This document shows, in pieces, positions 35,617 to 43,883 of a stretch of 43,883 nucleotides of DNA. Position 1 is the first letter of the stretch. Every line of letters starts with the position of its first letter. The stretch comes from Bacteroidales bacterium (lineage in GTDB: Bacteria > Bacteroidota > Bacteroidia > Bacteroidales > UBA7960), in NCBI GenBank assembly GCA_007135645.1, contig SLIL01000337.1, positions 1-43,883 of the forward strand, read 5' to 3'. The position numbers and the translations under genes are program-made. The notes below the pieces were generated by a model, which searched no databases, was not told the origin of the DNA, and saw nothing but the letters and a program-made list of their open reading frames with translations.

Positions 35617-36540
35617 ATGAAAGATTTGTCAATAATTCGTGGAGTTTTCATCAAGGGAAAAATAAATAATTCCCTGAGAAAATTGTTCAGATTTCTGCTG
35701 ATCGTTTTTATGGTTAACATCTTTTTTTCATGCGACAACAGAAGAGCTGAACTGGAAAGGCTGGAACAGGAAAATGAAGAAATGCGCATGCGCATGGAAG
35801 AAAATGCAGAAAATGTAGAAGGGTATTTTGCTGAACTCAATGAAATTGAGGATAATCTTCGGCTTATTAAGGAAAGGGAGAACATCATCAGCGATCAGGC
35901 GCGCTATGATCTGGAACTGGGGGTAGACCAGCAGGCCAGGATCAATGAAGACATCCAGCTGATTGGCGAATTAATGGAGAAAAACAGGATCCTGATCGCA
36001 AGCCTCAATAACAGGTTGAGAAATGCCGACACGAGGATTGAAGGATTTGAGCAGATGATCCGGCGATTGAATCAAACTCTAGAGGAGAAAGAAGTCGAGA
36101 TCCAGTTGCTCCGGGATCAGCTGGCCCAGACAAATCTCAGAGTAGATTATCTCACAGCCATGGTTGACACATTAGAGTTGGAAAGCCGTGAAAAGAGCAG
36201 GTTACTGCGCGAACAAACCCTGGAGCTCAACGCGGCGTATTACGCAATGGGATCCAGAAAAGAACTGGTGGATAACAATATTATTGAAAGAGAAGGTGGT
36301 TTCCTGGGTATTGGCAGATCGGAGAGGTTAAAGTCTGATTTCAATCCCGACTTTTTCACCCGCATTGACATAACAAGAGATCACAATATTACCATATATG
36401 GAAACCGACCGGAGCTGATTACCAGCCACCCCAACGGATCGTATGAGTTTAAATCAGCCGATGGGGAGAACTGGCTTGAAATCACTGACCCGGAAAGATT
36501 CTGGTCGGCATCCAGGTACCTGGTAATACAGGTAAGATAA
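35617..36540 (+). CDS. coiled-coil lipoprotein of unknown function
   Basis: 307 aa with a lipobox (VNIFFSCDN). About 170 aa of heptad-rich, Glu/Leu/Arg-rich sequence is followed by a globular C-terminal domain (AAYYAMGSRKELVDNNIIEREGGFLGIGR...). Confidence 0.7.
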   Translation: MKDLSIIRGVFIKGKINNSLRKLFRFLLIVFMVNIFFSCDNRRAELERLEQENEEMRMRMEENAENVEGYFAELNEIEDNLRLIKERENIISDQARYDLELGVDQQARINEDIQLIGELMEKNRILIASLNNRLRNADTRIEGFEQMIRRLNQTLEEKEVEIQLLRDQLAQTNLRVDYLTAMVDTLELESREKSRLLREQTLELNAAYYAMGSRKELVDNNIIEREGGFLGIGRSERLKSDFNPDFFTRIDITRDHNITIYGNRPELITSHPNGSYEFKSADGENWLEITDPERFWSASRYLVIQVR

Positions 36541-36555
36541 CCCTGAAAATCGGTT

Positions 36556-38175
36556 TTAAAATCCGTTTAGTTCCATGGTTACCGTAGGTATGAGCAATAA
36601 GAATCCTAAAACGATCAGGGTAATGATCAATGGCCATACCCATTTTACCCATTTATGATAGGGGATCCGTGCCACTCCAAGCACGGCGATCAAAACACCG
36701 GACGTAGGTGTGATCATATTGGTAAATCCATCACCAAACTGAAATGCCATTACTGTTGCCTGCCGTGAGATCCCTATCAAATCGCTGAAAGGCGCCATGA
36801 TAGGCATGGTAATAGCGGCTTTGGCCGATCCGGAAGGGATAACTATGTTAACAATGGTTTGAATAATGTACATTATCCCTACTGATGCCACATTGCCAAA
36901 ATTGCCCATGGCCCTGGAAAGGCCATAAAGAATGGAATCAATGATCCCACCGTCTGTCAGCACTACGATTATTCCGCCTGCAAGGCCTACAATGATCGCT
37001 GCAGACATTATGTCTTTCACCCCTTCAAGGAAAAGGTTGGCAATGTCATCAGCTGTTTTATTAAAGGCCAGTCCACTGGCAATTCCCATGGCAAGGAATA
37101 ATGTTGCAATCTCCATTACATACCAGCCATACCCCATTACCCCTACAATCAGGAATACAATGGTATATCCCAGCAGCAGCAGGATAAAAAAGTGCACAGA
37201 TTTTTTCAGTGAAACAATACCAAGAATTGCGAAGAGGCCGGTAAATAATGGTATCACCCAAAAGGTAAATGAACTGTTACCTACGGTCATGGTGGTTATG
37301 GGGTAGATAAATGAGAAAATAATCAGCGATACCAAAACAGCCAGATATACAAACCAGGCAATCTTTGGCGTATAATATTCAATATCGTTGTTTTCGCTTT
37401 GCTCCCTTTTGCGCCAGTAGGAATCTTCTTCATACATAATAGAAGATTTGGGATTGCGGCGGATCTTTGCTGCATATCTCAACACAAAGAATATCCCCAC
37501 TATATTGATCACCACCCAGGCAAACATACGGTATTCCAGACCTGAGAACAAAGGCAGGTCGGCCAGGCCCTGGGCAATACCAATGGTAAAGGGATTGAGT
37601 ATAGCCCCCGCAAAACCCAGGTGAGCCGCAATATATACCATGGAAACCCCCATGAGCGAATCATAGCCCATGGATATGGCCAGGGGGATCAGGATGATCA
37701 CGAAAGCAATGGTTTCTTCACTCATCCCGAAAATGGCGCCGAAGACACTAAACAATATCATGATCAGAACAATGATAATATTATCCACACCTATTTTGCG
37801 CATAATGCTGAAATTCTCCAGTTTACGGGTAAACTTCAGAAAAGCAAATATTCCCACATCGATTGCCCTGCTTTTGTTCATGATCCAGAAAGCACCTCCG
37901 ATCATCAGTATAAAGATGATAATGTTGCTTTGTTTTACAAATCCTTTGAAAAGTGCTGACAATACCTGCCAGGTTTGCATGGTGGGAGCAAATTGCTCAC
38001 GGTATTCTGCCGGCAGATTGTCTTCGTAAAAGAAAACCATTTCCGTGCGTTCCTTGCCGTCGACCACGGTAGTAACTTCAATGTATTTCCCTGGGGGAAT
38101 AAACCAGGTGAGCACAGCTGCGGTTACGATGATTCCGAATACAATAACGTAAGTGTGGGGTACCTTTTTTAACAT
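36556..38175 (-). CDS. YfcC-family (COG1288, putative basic amino acid / peptide) inner-membrane carrier
   Basis: 539 aa. The N-terminus MLKKVPHTYVIVFGIIVTAAVLTWFIPPGKY is typical of YfcC, and there are at least 12 hydrophobic helices. The start lies 18 nt downstream of the cyanophycinase stop. Confidence 0.8.
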   Translation of the reverse strand: MLKKVPHTYVIVFGIIVTAAVLTWFIPPGKYIEVTTVVDGKERTEMVFFYEDNLPAEYREQFAPTMQTWQVLSALFKGFVKQSNIIIFILMIGGAFWIMNKSRAIDVGIFAFLKFTRKLENFSIMRKIGVDNIIIVLIMILFSVFGAIFGMSEETIAFVIILIPLAISMGYDSLMGVSMVYIAAHLGFAGAILNPFTIGIAQGLADLPLFSGLEYRMFAWVVINIVGIFFVLRYAAKIRRNPKSSIMYEEDSYWRKREQSENNDIEYYTPKIAWFVYLAVLVSLIIFSFIYPITTMTVGNSSFTFWVIPLFTGLFAILGIVSLKKSVHFFILLLLGYTIVFLIVGVMGYGWYVMEIATLFLAMGIASGLAFNKTADDIANLFLEGVKDIMSAAIIVGLAGGIIVVLTDGGIIDSILYGLSRAMGNFGNVASVGIMYIIQTIVNIVIPSGSAKAAITMPIMAPFSDLIGISRQATVMAFQFGDGFTNMITPTSGVLIAVLGVARIPYHKWVKWVWPLIITLIVLGFLLLIPTVTMELNGF

Positions 38176-38193
38176 CTATAATGTATGATTAAA

Positions 38194-39051
38194 TTAGTTT
38201 ATTGAAAATTTTTCGCCTTCAAGATAAATATCCACAACCAGGTTGCGGGCTCCCATTTTGCCATTTTTTTCGCTGAATGAAGCGTCAGGGTTCCTGAATA
38301 CCATAACCTGTGCTACACCCACTACTTCTGCAGTGTTTCCCCTTACAAGAATAGCGGTAGACTCATCAATACCAATTCCAAGCATGTCAGGGTGTTCAAT
38401 AACAGCTGTAAAGAGCCTGTTGTGCCTGCTTCGCCAGATAAAATGCTGATCGATGATGGCTGTGGTAATAAAGCCAAGCCCTCTTCCTATTTCCAGGTTC
38501 TCTGATTCAATGGTACGAAAGGTGGCAGAATACTCGGGATAACGCAGCTCATCGCCAGTGATCATTTTTTCGCTCATAACGGCTGCTCCCGCGCTGGTAC
38601 CGGCGATCATGGCCCCGTTTTTCCAGGCATGATGAATGGCTTCTTCAATGGCTGTACCTCCGGCAATAGACATAAACCGGTTCTGATCGCCGCCACTGAT
38701 GTAGATCAGGGAGGCGTTTTTGAGCGAGTCAATCCAGTGTTGCGGTATATCACCACCCGGAAGAAAGTTAAACCCGGTTATACGCTCCATATCATTATCC
38801 AGAAACTGCTCTGAAGCCCATATTATCGCTGAATCAGGAGTGCTGCTCGACATAGGAAGTATTATGGCATATCCTCCTTCGCGAAGCCCGGCCTCATCAA
38901 TCATCCGGTTTACCATTTCTGCCGGCCGGCTGCCGCCCCCGATAATAAAAAGACTTCCCTTTGCTCCATCATGGCTTTCCTGCTCTAAGACAGACATATT
39001 GCATGCAGCCATTAATGAAATGACTACTATTAGTTGTAAATATTTTCTCAT
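38194..39051 (-). CDS. cyanophycinase-type S51 peptidase, lipoprotein
   Basis: The nucleophile motif is IAGTSAGAAVMS (the GxSxG of cyanophycinases). Also present are LFIIGGGS, YISGGDQNRF and GIGIDESTA. The lipobox is ISLMAACNM. I prefer the ATG at 39051 over the tracked TTG start at 39126, which would place a terminator hairpin inside the coding sequence. Confidence 0.78.
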   Translation of the reverse strand: MRKYLQLIVVISLMAACNMSVLEQESHDGAKGSLFIIGGGSRPAEMVNRMIDEAGLREGGYAIILPMSSSTPDSAIIWASEQFLDNDMERITGFNFLPGGDIPQHWIDSLKNASLIYISGGDQNRFMSIAGGTAIEEAIHHAWKNGAMIAGTSAGAAVMSEKMITGDELRYPEYSATFRTIESENLEIGRGLGFITTAIIDQHFIWRSRHNRLFTAVIEHPDMLGIGIDESTAILVRGNTAEVVGVAQVMVFRNPDASFSEKNGKMGARNLVVDIYLEGEKFSIN

Positions 39052-39070
39052 AAAGATTTCTGAAATTGAA

Positions 39071-39107
39071 AAACAAAAAAAGCCAGGGGAAACTGGCTTT
39101 TTTTGTT
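39071..39107 (-). terminator. rho-independent terminator-like hairpin between the PKD-lipoprotein gene and the cyanophycinase gene
   Basis: AAGCCAG-GGGAAA-CTGGCTT is flanked by A-rich and T-rich runs on both sides. On the minus strand the U-tract ends about 20 nt before the cyanophycinase ATG. Confidence 0.6.
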
Positions 39108-39118
39108 TTTGATTGACT

Positions 39119-40018
39119 TTATTCAATTACGTACAATTCTACTTCCTCAACAAAGATACGGTCCATGTCGGTGACATTGAAGTGTCTGATGGCAAGATAA
39201 ACAACCTGACCTGCATATTCCGAAATGTCAATAACCCGTTCATTGGCGAGCCAGTTGGGTGTTTCTTCGGTAAACGTTTCCTCAAACAATAATTCAAAGT
39301 TATCAAGGTTGTCGTTGCCAACCGCGATAAAGATGCCGTAATGTTCCTGCCTGTACATGGGTGTGCTGGCCGTAATCCCCACCGTATAGCGGAAGGTAAC
39401 AGATGCACCGGCGTCAAACGGCGTAAGATCAACCTCAGGTGTAATGAGCCAGTTATCGGGGTTCAGGGGGCCTGCAGTACCATCCCATGACTGGCTTCTC
39501 ATGGAAAGGACACCCTGGCGTTCGCCCACGTACCAGTTGAAGCCATCGCCATCATTGTCTATAGCCTGCCACCCTTCGGGCGCCCAGGTATCCTCATCAA
39601 GGTAATCGATGCCTTCATTGAAATCTTCAAACAGGATCACTTGTTTTCCAAAAGCCATGGATACACTTTTTGTAAGGTTGTTGTAATATACATCGTGGAG
39701 CGGCTCAACGGTAAGTGTGATGGTGTAACTTCCGGCCTGGGTGTAAGTGATCGTTGGATTTTCTTCAGTGGAAGTTTCCCCGTTACCAAAATCCCAGAAA
39801 TAGGACTGTGCGAGTACGGATCTGTTGGTTAGTTTTACTTCGAAGTGCTCAATGCCTTCTTCCTCGTCGATAACGATCACATTCACTTCATAATCAAAAC
39901 CGGCCTGTGTACTTGCCAGGGGAACATCGAAATCATCCTCCTTGCAGGCATGTAAAATCAGTAATGCCGGAAGGATTAAGAAAACAAGTATGTATGGATT
40001 AAATTTTAAAGCTTTCAT
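39119..40018 (-). CDS. surface lipoprotein with PKD domain and choice-of-anchor-J / cleaved-adhesin-like domain
   Basis: 299 aa. The lipobox plus acidic export signal is LILHACKEDDFD. The PKD motif is FWDFGNGETSTEENPTITYTQAGSYTITLTV. The C-terminal domain has WQAIDNDGDGFNWYV and YLAIRHFNVTD. Confidence 0.75.
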   Translation of the reverse strand: MKALKFNPYILVFLILPALLILHACKEDDFDVPLASTQAGFDYEVNVIVIDEEEGIEHFEVKLTNRSVLAQSYFWDFGNGETSTEENPTITYTQAGSYTITLTVEPLHDVYYNNLTKSVSMAFGKQVILFEDFNEGIDYLDEDTWAPEGWQAIDNDGDGFNWYVGERQGVLSMRSQSWDGTAGPLNPDNWLITPEVDLTPFDAGASVTFRYTVGITASTPMYRQEHYGIFIAVGNDNLDNFELLFEETFTEETPNWLANERVIDISEYAGQVVYLAIRHFNVTDMDRIFVEEVELYVIE

Positions 40019-40037
40019 AATTTTCTGGTTTTAGGGA

Positions 40038-41393
40038 TTAATAACCATCGTTTTGGTACATTCCCGGGTTGTCGTTGGAAATGATCTCCGCCTGGGGTAT
40101 GGGGAAAAGGGTTTGATTAATACTGGTTACATTCTCAAGTCTGTCAATTGCTCTTCCGGTTCTCACCAGGTCAAACCAGCGGTGCCCTTCAAAAGCAAAT
40201 TCTTTTTGTCTTTGAGACTCTATCTCCAGCAAAAGTGCAGTATAACTTGTCATATTAGCCGGATTCAGACCAGCCCTTTCCCTGATCACGTTAATGTCAG
40301 ACAAAATGATCTGAGGGTCTTCCTGCAGAAGTGCGCGGGCCTCAGCTCTGATAAGGTACATTTCAGCCAATCTCAATACATAAACAGGATCTGTACCAGA
40401 TGCAACATCATTGAACTTGATAGCATATGGGGCAGTACCTGCCATAGTTACAGAAACATCTTTGCGCAGATCATCTGGATCGAAAGAGTTCAGATAGAAT
40501 TCAGTAGGTGCAAATTCATACCTCCCTGCCAGCGACGTGTGAGCAAAATACCTTGCAATAAGGTTTCTGTCCTGCTCATTGAAAGCTACCTCAAAAATGG
40601 ATTCAGAGGTTGCCTCCTGGGAGAATAGCCGGGCATAATCGGGTTCAATGGCCAGGGCCGGGTGTTCAATTACATCACTGGCATGTTGAATGGCAATGTT
40701 TAGAAATTCAGCATTATCAGTAATATAATACTGATGAAGGGCTACTCTTGCTTTCAGGGCCTGGGCTGCTGGTCTTGAGGCCCTCCCTCTGGTCATACTT
40801 TCAGAAAGGTGAGCAATAGCAAAATCCAGATCGTTGTTTACCACAGTCAGCACCTCTGATATACTGTGTCTTGGGGGGTTAAGACTTTCTTCATCGGTAG
40901 TAACAGCCTGGTCTCTGATGGGTATGGGGCCAAAAAGCCGCATCAGGTCGTAATGGCCCAGTGCCCTGAGAAATCTCAGCTCGCCAAGGGCTGTGTTTTT
41001 GCCGGCCTGGGAAAGCAAATCGTCATTAATATCGGGAATGCGTGCAATTACGTTGTTTACCCTGCTAAGCAGGCGATAGATAGAAATCCATGTGCTTTCA
41101 ACCAGACCATTGTCAGCCAGAATGGTATTGTTATCTATATCTGACCATGTTATAGTAATACCAACGTGTGTAAGATTATCGGCAGGCAGGTCGCCCCAGA
41201 TAATATAGTCAAGGCCGTAATAGCCTCCTGCCTGTAATGCGTCATAACTACCAATAATGGCACTTTGCACCTGGGCTGAATCGGTAATGGCTTCTTCGGC
41301 CGGCATGGAGTGATAGGGCTGCACATCAAGTACATCGCAGGCTCCTAATATCCATATCAATACTGCTGAAAATATATATGCTGATTTTTTCAT
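40038..41393 (-). CDS. RagB/SusD-family nutrient-binding outer-membrane lipoprotein
   Basis: 451 aa with a lipobox (WILGACDV). It has TPR-like helical content and the conserved C-terminal region QRQKEFAFEGHRWFDLVRTGRA...LFPIPQAEI. It starts 12 nt after the SusC-like stop. Confidence 0.9.
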   Translation of the reverse strand: MKKSAYIFSAVLIWILGACDVLDVQPYHSMPAEEAITDSAQVQSAIIGSYDALQAGGYYGLDYIIWGDLPADNLTHVGITITWSDIDNNTILADNGLVESTWISIYRLLSRVNNVIARIPDINDDLLSQAGKNTALGELRFLRALGHYDLMRLFGPIPIRDQAVTTDEESLNPPRHSISEVLTVVNNDLDFAIAHLSESMTRGRASRPAAQALKARVALHQYYITDNAEFLNIAIQHASDVIEHPALAIEPDYARLFSQEATSESIFEVAFNEQDRNLIARYFAHTSLAGRYEFAPTEFYLNSFDPDDLRKDVSVTMAGTAPYAIKFNDVASGTDPVYVLRLAEMYLIRAEARALLQEDPQIILSDINVIRERAGLNPANMTSYTALLLEIESQRQKEFAFEGHRWFDLVRTGRAIDRLENVTSINQTLFPIPQAEIISNDNPGMYQNDGY

Positions 41394-41405
41394 TTTTCCG
41401 TGTTT

Positions 41406-43883
41406 TTAGAGTCCTAAATTAATACCAACTGAATATGTTCTTGCCTGAGGGTAGGTGAAAAAGTCAGTTGCTCTCAAAAGATTGCTGTCGCCCCTGTAGT
41501 TCACCTCGGGATCCATACCTGAGTAGTTGGTGATGGTAAAAAGATTGGCACCGGTAAAGAAAACACGGGCACTTCTTGCTCCAACGCGCTCCATCCATCT
41601 GCGGTTCACATTGTATGAGAGGGTGAGGGTTTTCAGCCTGGCAAAAGAACCATCTTCAACAAACCTTGAAGAGATGCGGTTGTTGGCATTGGGGTCGGTT
41701 TCAGTAGCTCTTGGCATATCGGTAATGTCTCCGGGTTGCCTCCAGCGGTCGAGAATTGCAGTGCTTTGGTTGTCGGGGCCGCGCATGGCTTCAACAAAAA
41801 TGCGGGTTGCATTGAAAATATCATTGCCGTAGGAGAAGTTTATAAAGAAGCTCAGTTCCCATGCCCTGTAATTAAAGGTGTTGGTAAATCCACCTGTAAA
41901 CAGTGGGTTGGGATCACCGATAATGGTCCTGTCGTCAGAATTAATAACTCCATTTCCGTCGATATCGTCCCATACAAGATCACCTGTACTGGGGTCAACT
42001 CCCAGACTGCGAAAACCAAAGAATACACTCATGGGCTCACCAACAATAACAGCACTGGGGCTGTAACGATCCAGGTCAAGAAGGTTTTGATCCTTGTAAA
42101 GAGAAAGGATCTTGTTTCTGTTTTGACTGAGGTTAAGCTTGGAGTCCCAGCTGAAATCGCTGGTTCGTACATTTACTGTGCTGATGGAGAGCTCTATTCC
42201 CCTGTTTTCCAGTTCTCCGATGTTGGAGGTAATAGAGGTAAATCCTGAAGTCATTGAAACAGGCCTGTTGAACAGCAGGTCACGGGTTACGTTATGGTAG
42301 TAATCAAAAGCTATGGCAATGCGTTCATTGTAAAGCTCAATGTCTGCACCAATGTTGAACTGTGTGGTTGTTTCCCACTTCAGATCAGGATTGGGGATTC
42401 CTGAAGGAGCAATACCCGCCTGTGCAAGATAGTTGGCCCGACCGCGGTAGAGGTCCATGTATGCAAAATCAGGTATTCCGTCGTTACCGGTCAGTCCCAC
42501 ACTGCTGCGGATCCTGAACTCGTTAATAGGGGTATTGAGAGCTTTGAAGAAGTCCTCTTCGCCCAGGCGCCATGCAAATGAAGCAGCAGGGAAGAACCCG
42601 TAACGGTTGTTGGTGCCGAATTTGGTTGACCCATCAAATCTTCCGCTCATGGAGATGATATACCGGTAATCATAGTTATATCTGAGTTGGCCGAAATAAG
42701 AATTCATGCCGCGGTCTGTTGCGCGTGCCTCTGCGTTTCTGATGGTTCCGGCGTCAAGGATATATTGAAAGTAGGCCCCGGGAAAATCAATGCCCTCGGC
42801 ATATTGATTGCGGCGCTGAAACATTTCAAAGGAATATCCGGCCAGGGCCTCGATATTATGCACATCTGCCAGGGTATTGTTGTACCGGAGCAGGTTATTG
42901 GACACAATATTCAACACGCTGGTTTGGGCTTCAATCCCCAATCCGTTGGTTGTAGCACCCTGACGTGTTGTAATGGGGTCGTAGCTATGTTCGCGCAGGC
43001 TCAGGTAGTCCATTCCCCATCGGGTACTGAAGGTGAAATTCTGCAGAAAACGTATGTCTGCGAAGGTATTACCGATGGTACGGTAGGAATGGGCTTCGTT
43101 GATGGCTTCCCTTCCTATGGCAATGGGATTGGCAAAGAAACCATCCTGGTTATAGGTTCCGTCGTCGTTAAACACCGGATAAATGGGGGCCATAGAAATG
43201 GCATTGGGAAGCACCCCGTGCAATGAGCGGTCGCCTTCCACCCTGTTGTTCATCGAGTAACTGGTACCCAGGCTACCACCTATGGAGACATGGTCATTTA
43301 TCTGGTGGTCAAGGTTTAACCTGCCGTTCAGACGCTGAAAATCTGTTCCGATAATGGTTCCTTCCTGGTTGAAATAGTTTCCGGACATGAAAAACTGAGT
43401 TCTGGCATCACCACCACTGGCAGAGAGCTCATAGCTGTGCATGGGGGCAACCCTGAAAATCTGGTCAAGCCAGTCGGTATCAACCGGGTCGGTAGGATCG
43501 GGCTGTGTGCCCCTGTATTCGTGCCATTCATCAGCATTAAGCATTTCAAGCCGGTTTGCAACCTCCTGCCAGCCAAATGAAGAGTTGAAGTTGATGTTGG
43601 TGCGTTGCTGACTTCCCCTTCGGGTGGTAATGAGAATTACTCCGTTGGTTGCCCGCGCACCATAAATGGCTGCGGCAGATGCATCTTTCAGCACGGTGAT
43701 GGATTCAATGTCGTTGGGGTTAATGTCAGAAAGGGCATTGATCCCCTGTCCTGAAAATCCTATCTGCCCGTAATTACCGGTAGTCATTGGAATTCCGTCA
43801 ATCACATAAAGGGGTTCGTTGCCAGCCGAAATGGAGCTGTTTCCCCTGATGCGCACCGATGTTGCTGCGCCGGGGTTTCCCGC
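41406..43883 (-). CDS. SusC/RagA-family TonB-dependent outer-membrane transporter, N-terminus cut by the window edge
   Basis: The reading frame is open to the window end. Plug-domain motifs are present (PLYVIDGIPM, NPNDIESITVLKDASAAAIYGARATNGVILITTRRG), followed by a long barrel. It is immediately followed by its SusD partner. Confidence 0.92.
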   Translation of the reverse strand, partial: AGNPGAATSVRIRGNSSISAGNEPLYVIDGIPMTTGNYGQIGFSGQGINALSDINPNDIESITVLKDASAAAIYGARATNGVILITTRRGSQQRTNINFNSSFGWQEVANRLEMLNADEWHEYRGTQPDPTDPVDTDWLDQIFRVAPMHSYELSASGGDARTQFFMSGNYFNQEGTIIGTDFQRLNGRLNLDHQINDHVSIGGSLGTSYSMNNRVEGDRSLHGVLPNAISMAPIYPVFNDDGTYNQDGFFANPIAIGREAINEAHSYRTIGNTFADIRFLQNFTFSTRWGMDYLSLREHSYDPITTRQGATTNGLGIEAQTSVLNIVSNNLLRYNNTLADVHNIEALAGYSFEMFQRRNQYAEGIDFPGAYFQYILDAGTIRNAEARATDRGMNSYFGQLRYNYDYRYIISMSGRFDGSTKFGTNNRYGFFPAASFAWRLGEEDFFKALNTPINEFRIRSSVGLTGNDGIPDFAYMDLYRGRANYLAQAGIAPSGIPNPDLKWETTTQFNIGADIELYNERIAIAFDYYHNVTRDLLFNRPVSMTSGFTSITSNIGELENRGIELSISTVNVRTSDFSWDSKLNLSQNRNKILSLYKDQNLLDLDRYSPSAVIVGEPMSVFFGFRSLGVDPSTGDLVWDDIDGNGVINSDDRTIIGDPNPLFTGGFTNTFNYRAWELSFFINFSYGNDIFNATRIFVEAMRGPDNQSTAILDRWRQPGDITDMPRATETDPNANNRISSRFVEDGSFARLKTLTLSYNVNRRWMERVGARSARVFFTGANLFTITNYSGMDPEVNYRGDSNLLRATDFFTYPQARTYSVGINLGL

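Noticed and set aside
1-43883. A search for tRNA/rRNA genes, CRISPR arrays, IS elements, integrases, reverse transcriptases and toxin-antitoxin pairs.
   Set aside because: I found no cloverleaf-type conserved segments in the intergenic regions, no regularly spaced direct repeats with spacers, and no ORFs with transposase, integrase or RT motifs. This window does not look like a mobile island.

Overview
This window looks like a Bacteroidota chromosomal segment. The evidence is a SusC/SusD pair, many lipoproteins with Cys lipoboxes, TAnnTTTG-type promoter boxes, no Shine-Dalgarno dependence, and standard code with TGA used as a stop. I count about 36 credible protein-coding genes. I saw no rRNA, tRNA, CRISPR array, transposase or integrase. 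All calls come from motif and architecture recognition by eye; no alignments or HMM searches were run.

Most of the window is housekeeping: mazG, gcvH, recG, lpxK, proS, fbaA, a Nif3/zinc-ribbon pair, TonB, a YfhO plus GT4 envelope pair, SPOR proteins, and a HlyD adaptor beside a large GAF/PAS histidine kinase.

The parts worth a second look are:
1. A minus-strand SusC/SusD/PKD-lipoprotein unit followed directly by a lipoprotein cyanophycinase and a YfcC carrier. There is no glycoside hydrolase, so this is a candidate cyanophycin (polyamide) utilisation locus.
2. A Res-less, C-terminally short Type III Mod-like adenine methyltransferase. A 251-aa ORF with a PD-(D/E)xK-like motif follows it in the same reading frame, separated by a single TGA.
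3. Two sigma-54 enhancer-binding-protein genes, each next to suggestive regulatory DNA. One has a phased GTTAAC-like repeat array with a perfect 20-bp palindrome. The other has a dyad, a -24/-12-like element, and an orphan intrinsic terminator about 100 nt further on, which could define a small RNA.
4. A three-part low-complexity lipoprotein (Tyr/Trp/His/Gly-rich, then Pro/Gln tandem repeats, then a Ser/Arg tail) transcribed divergently from proS.
5. A lipoprotein serpin with an inhibitory-type hinge.
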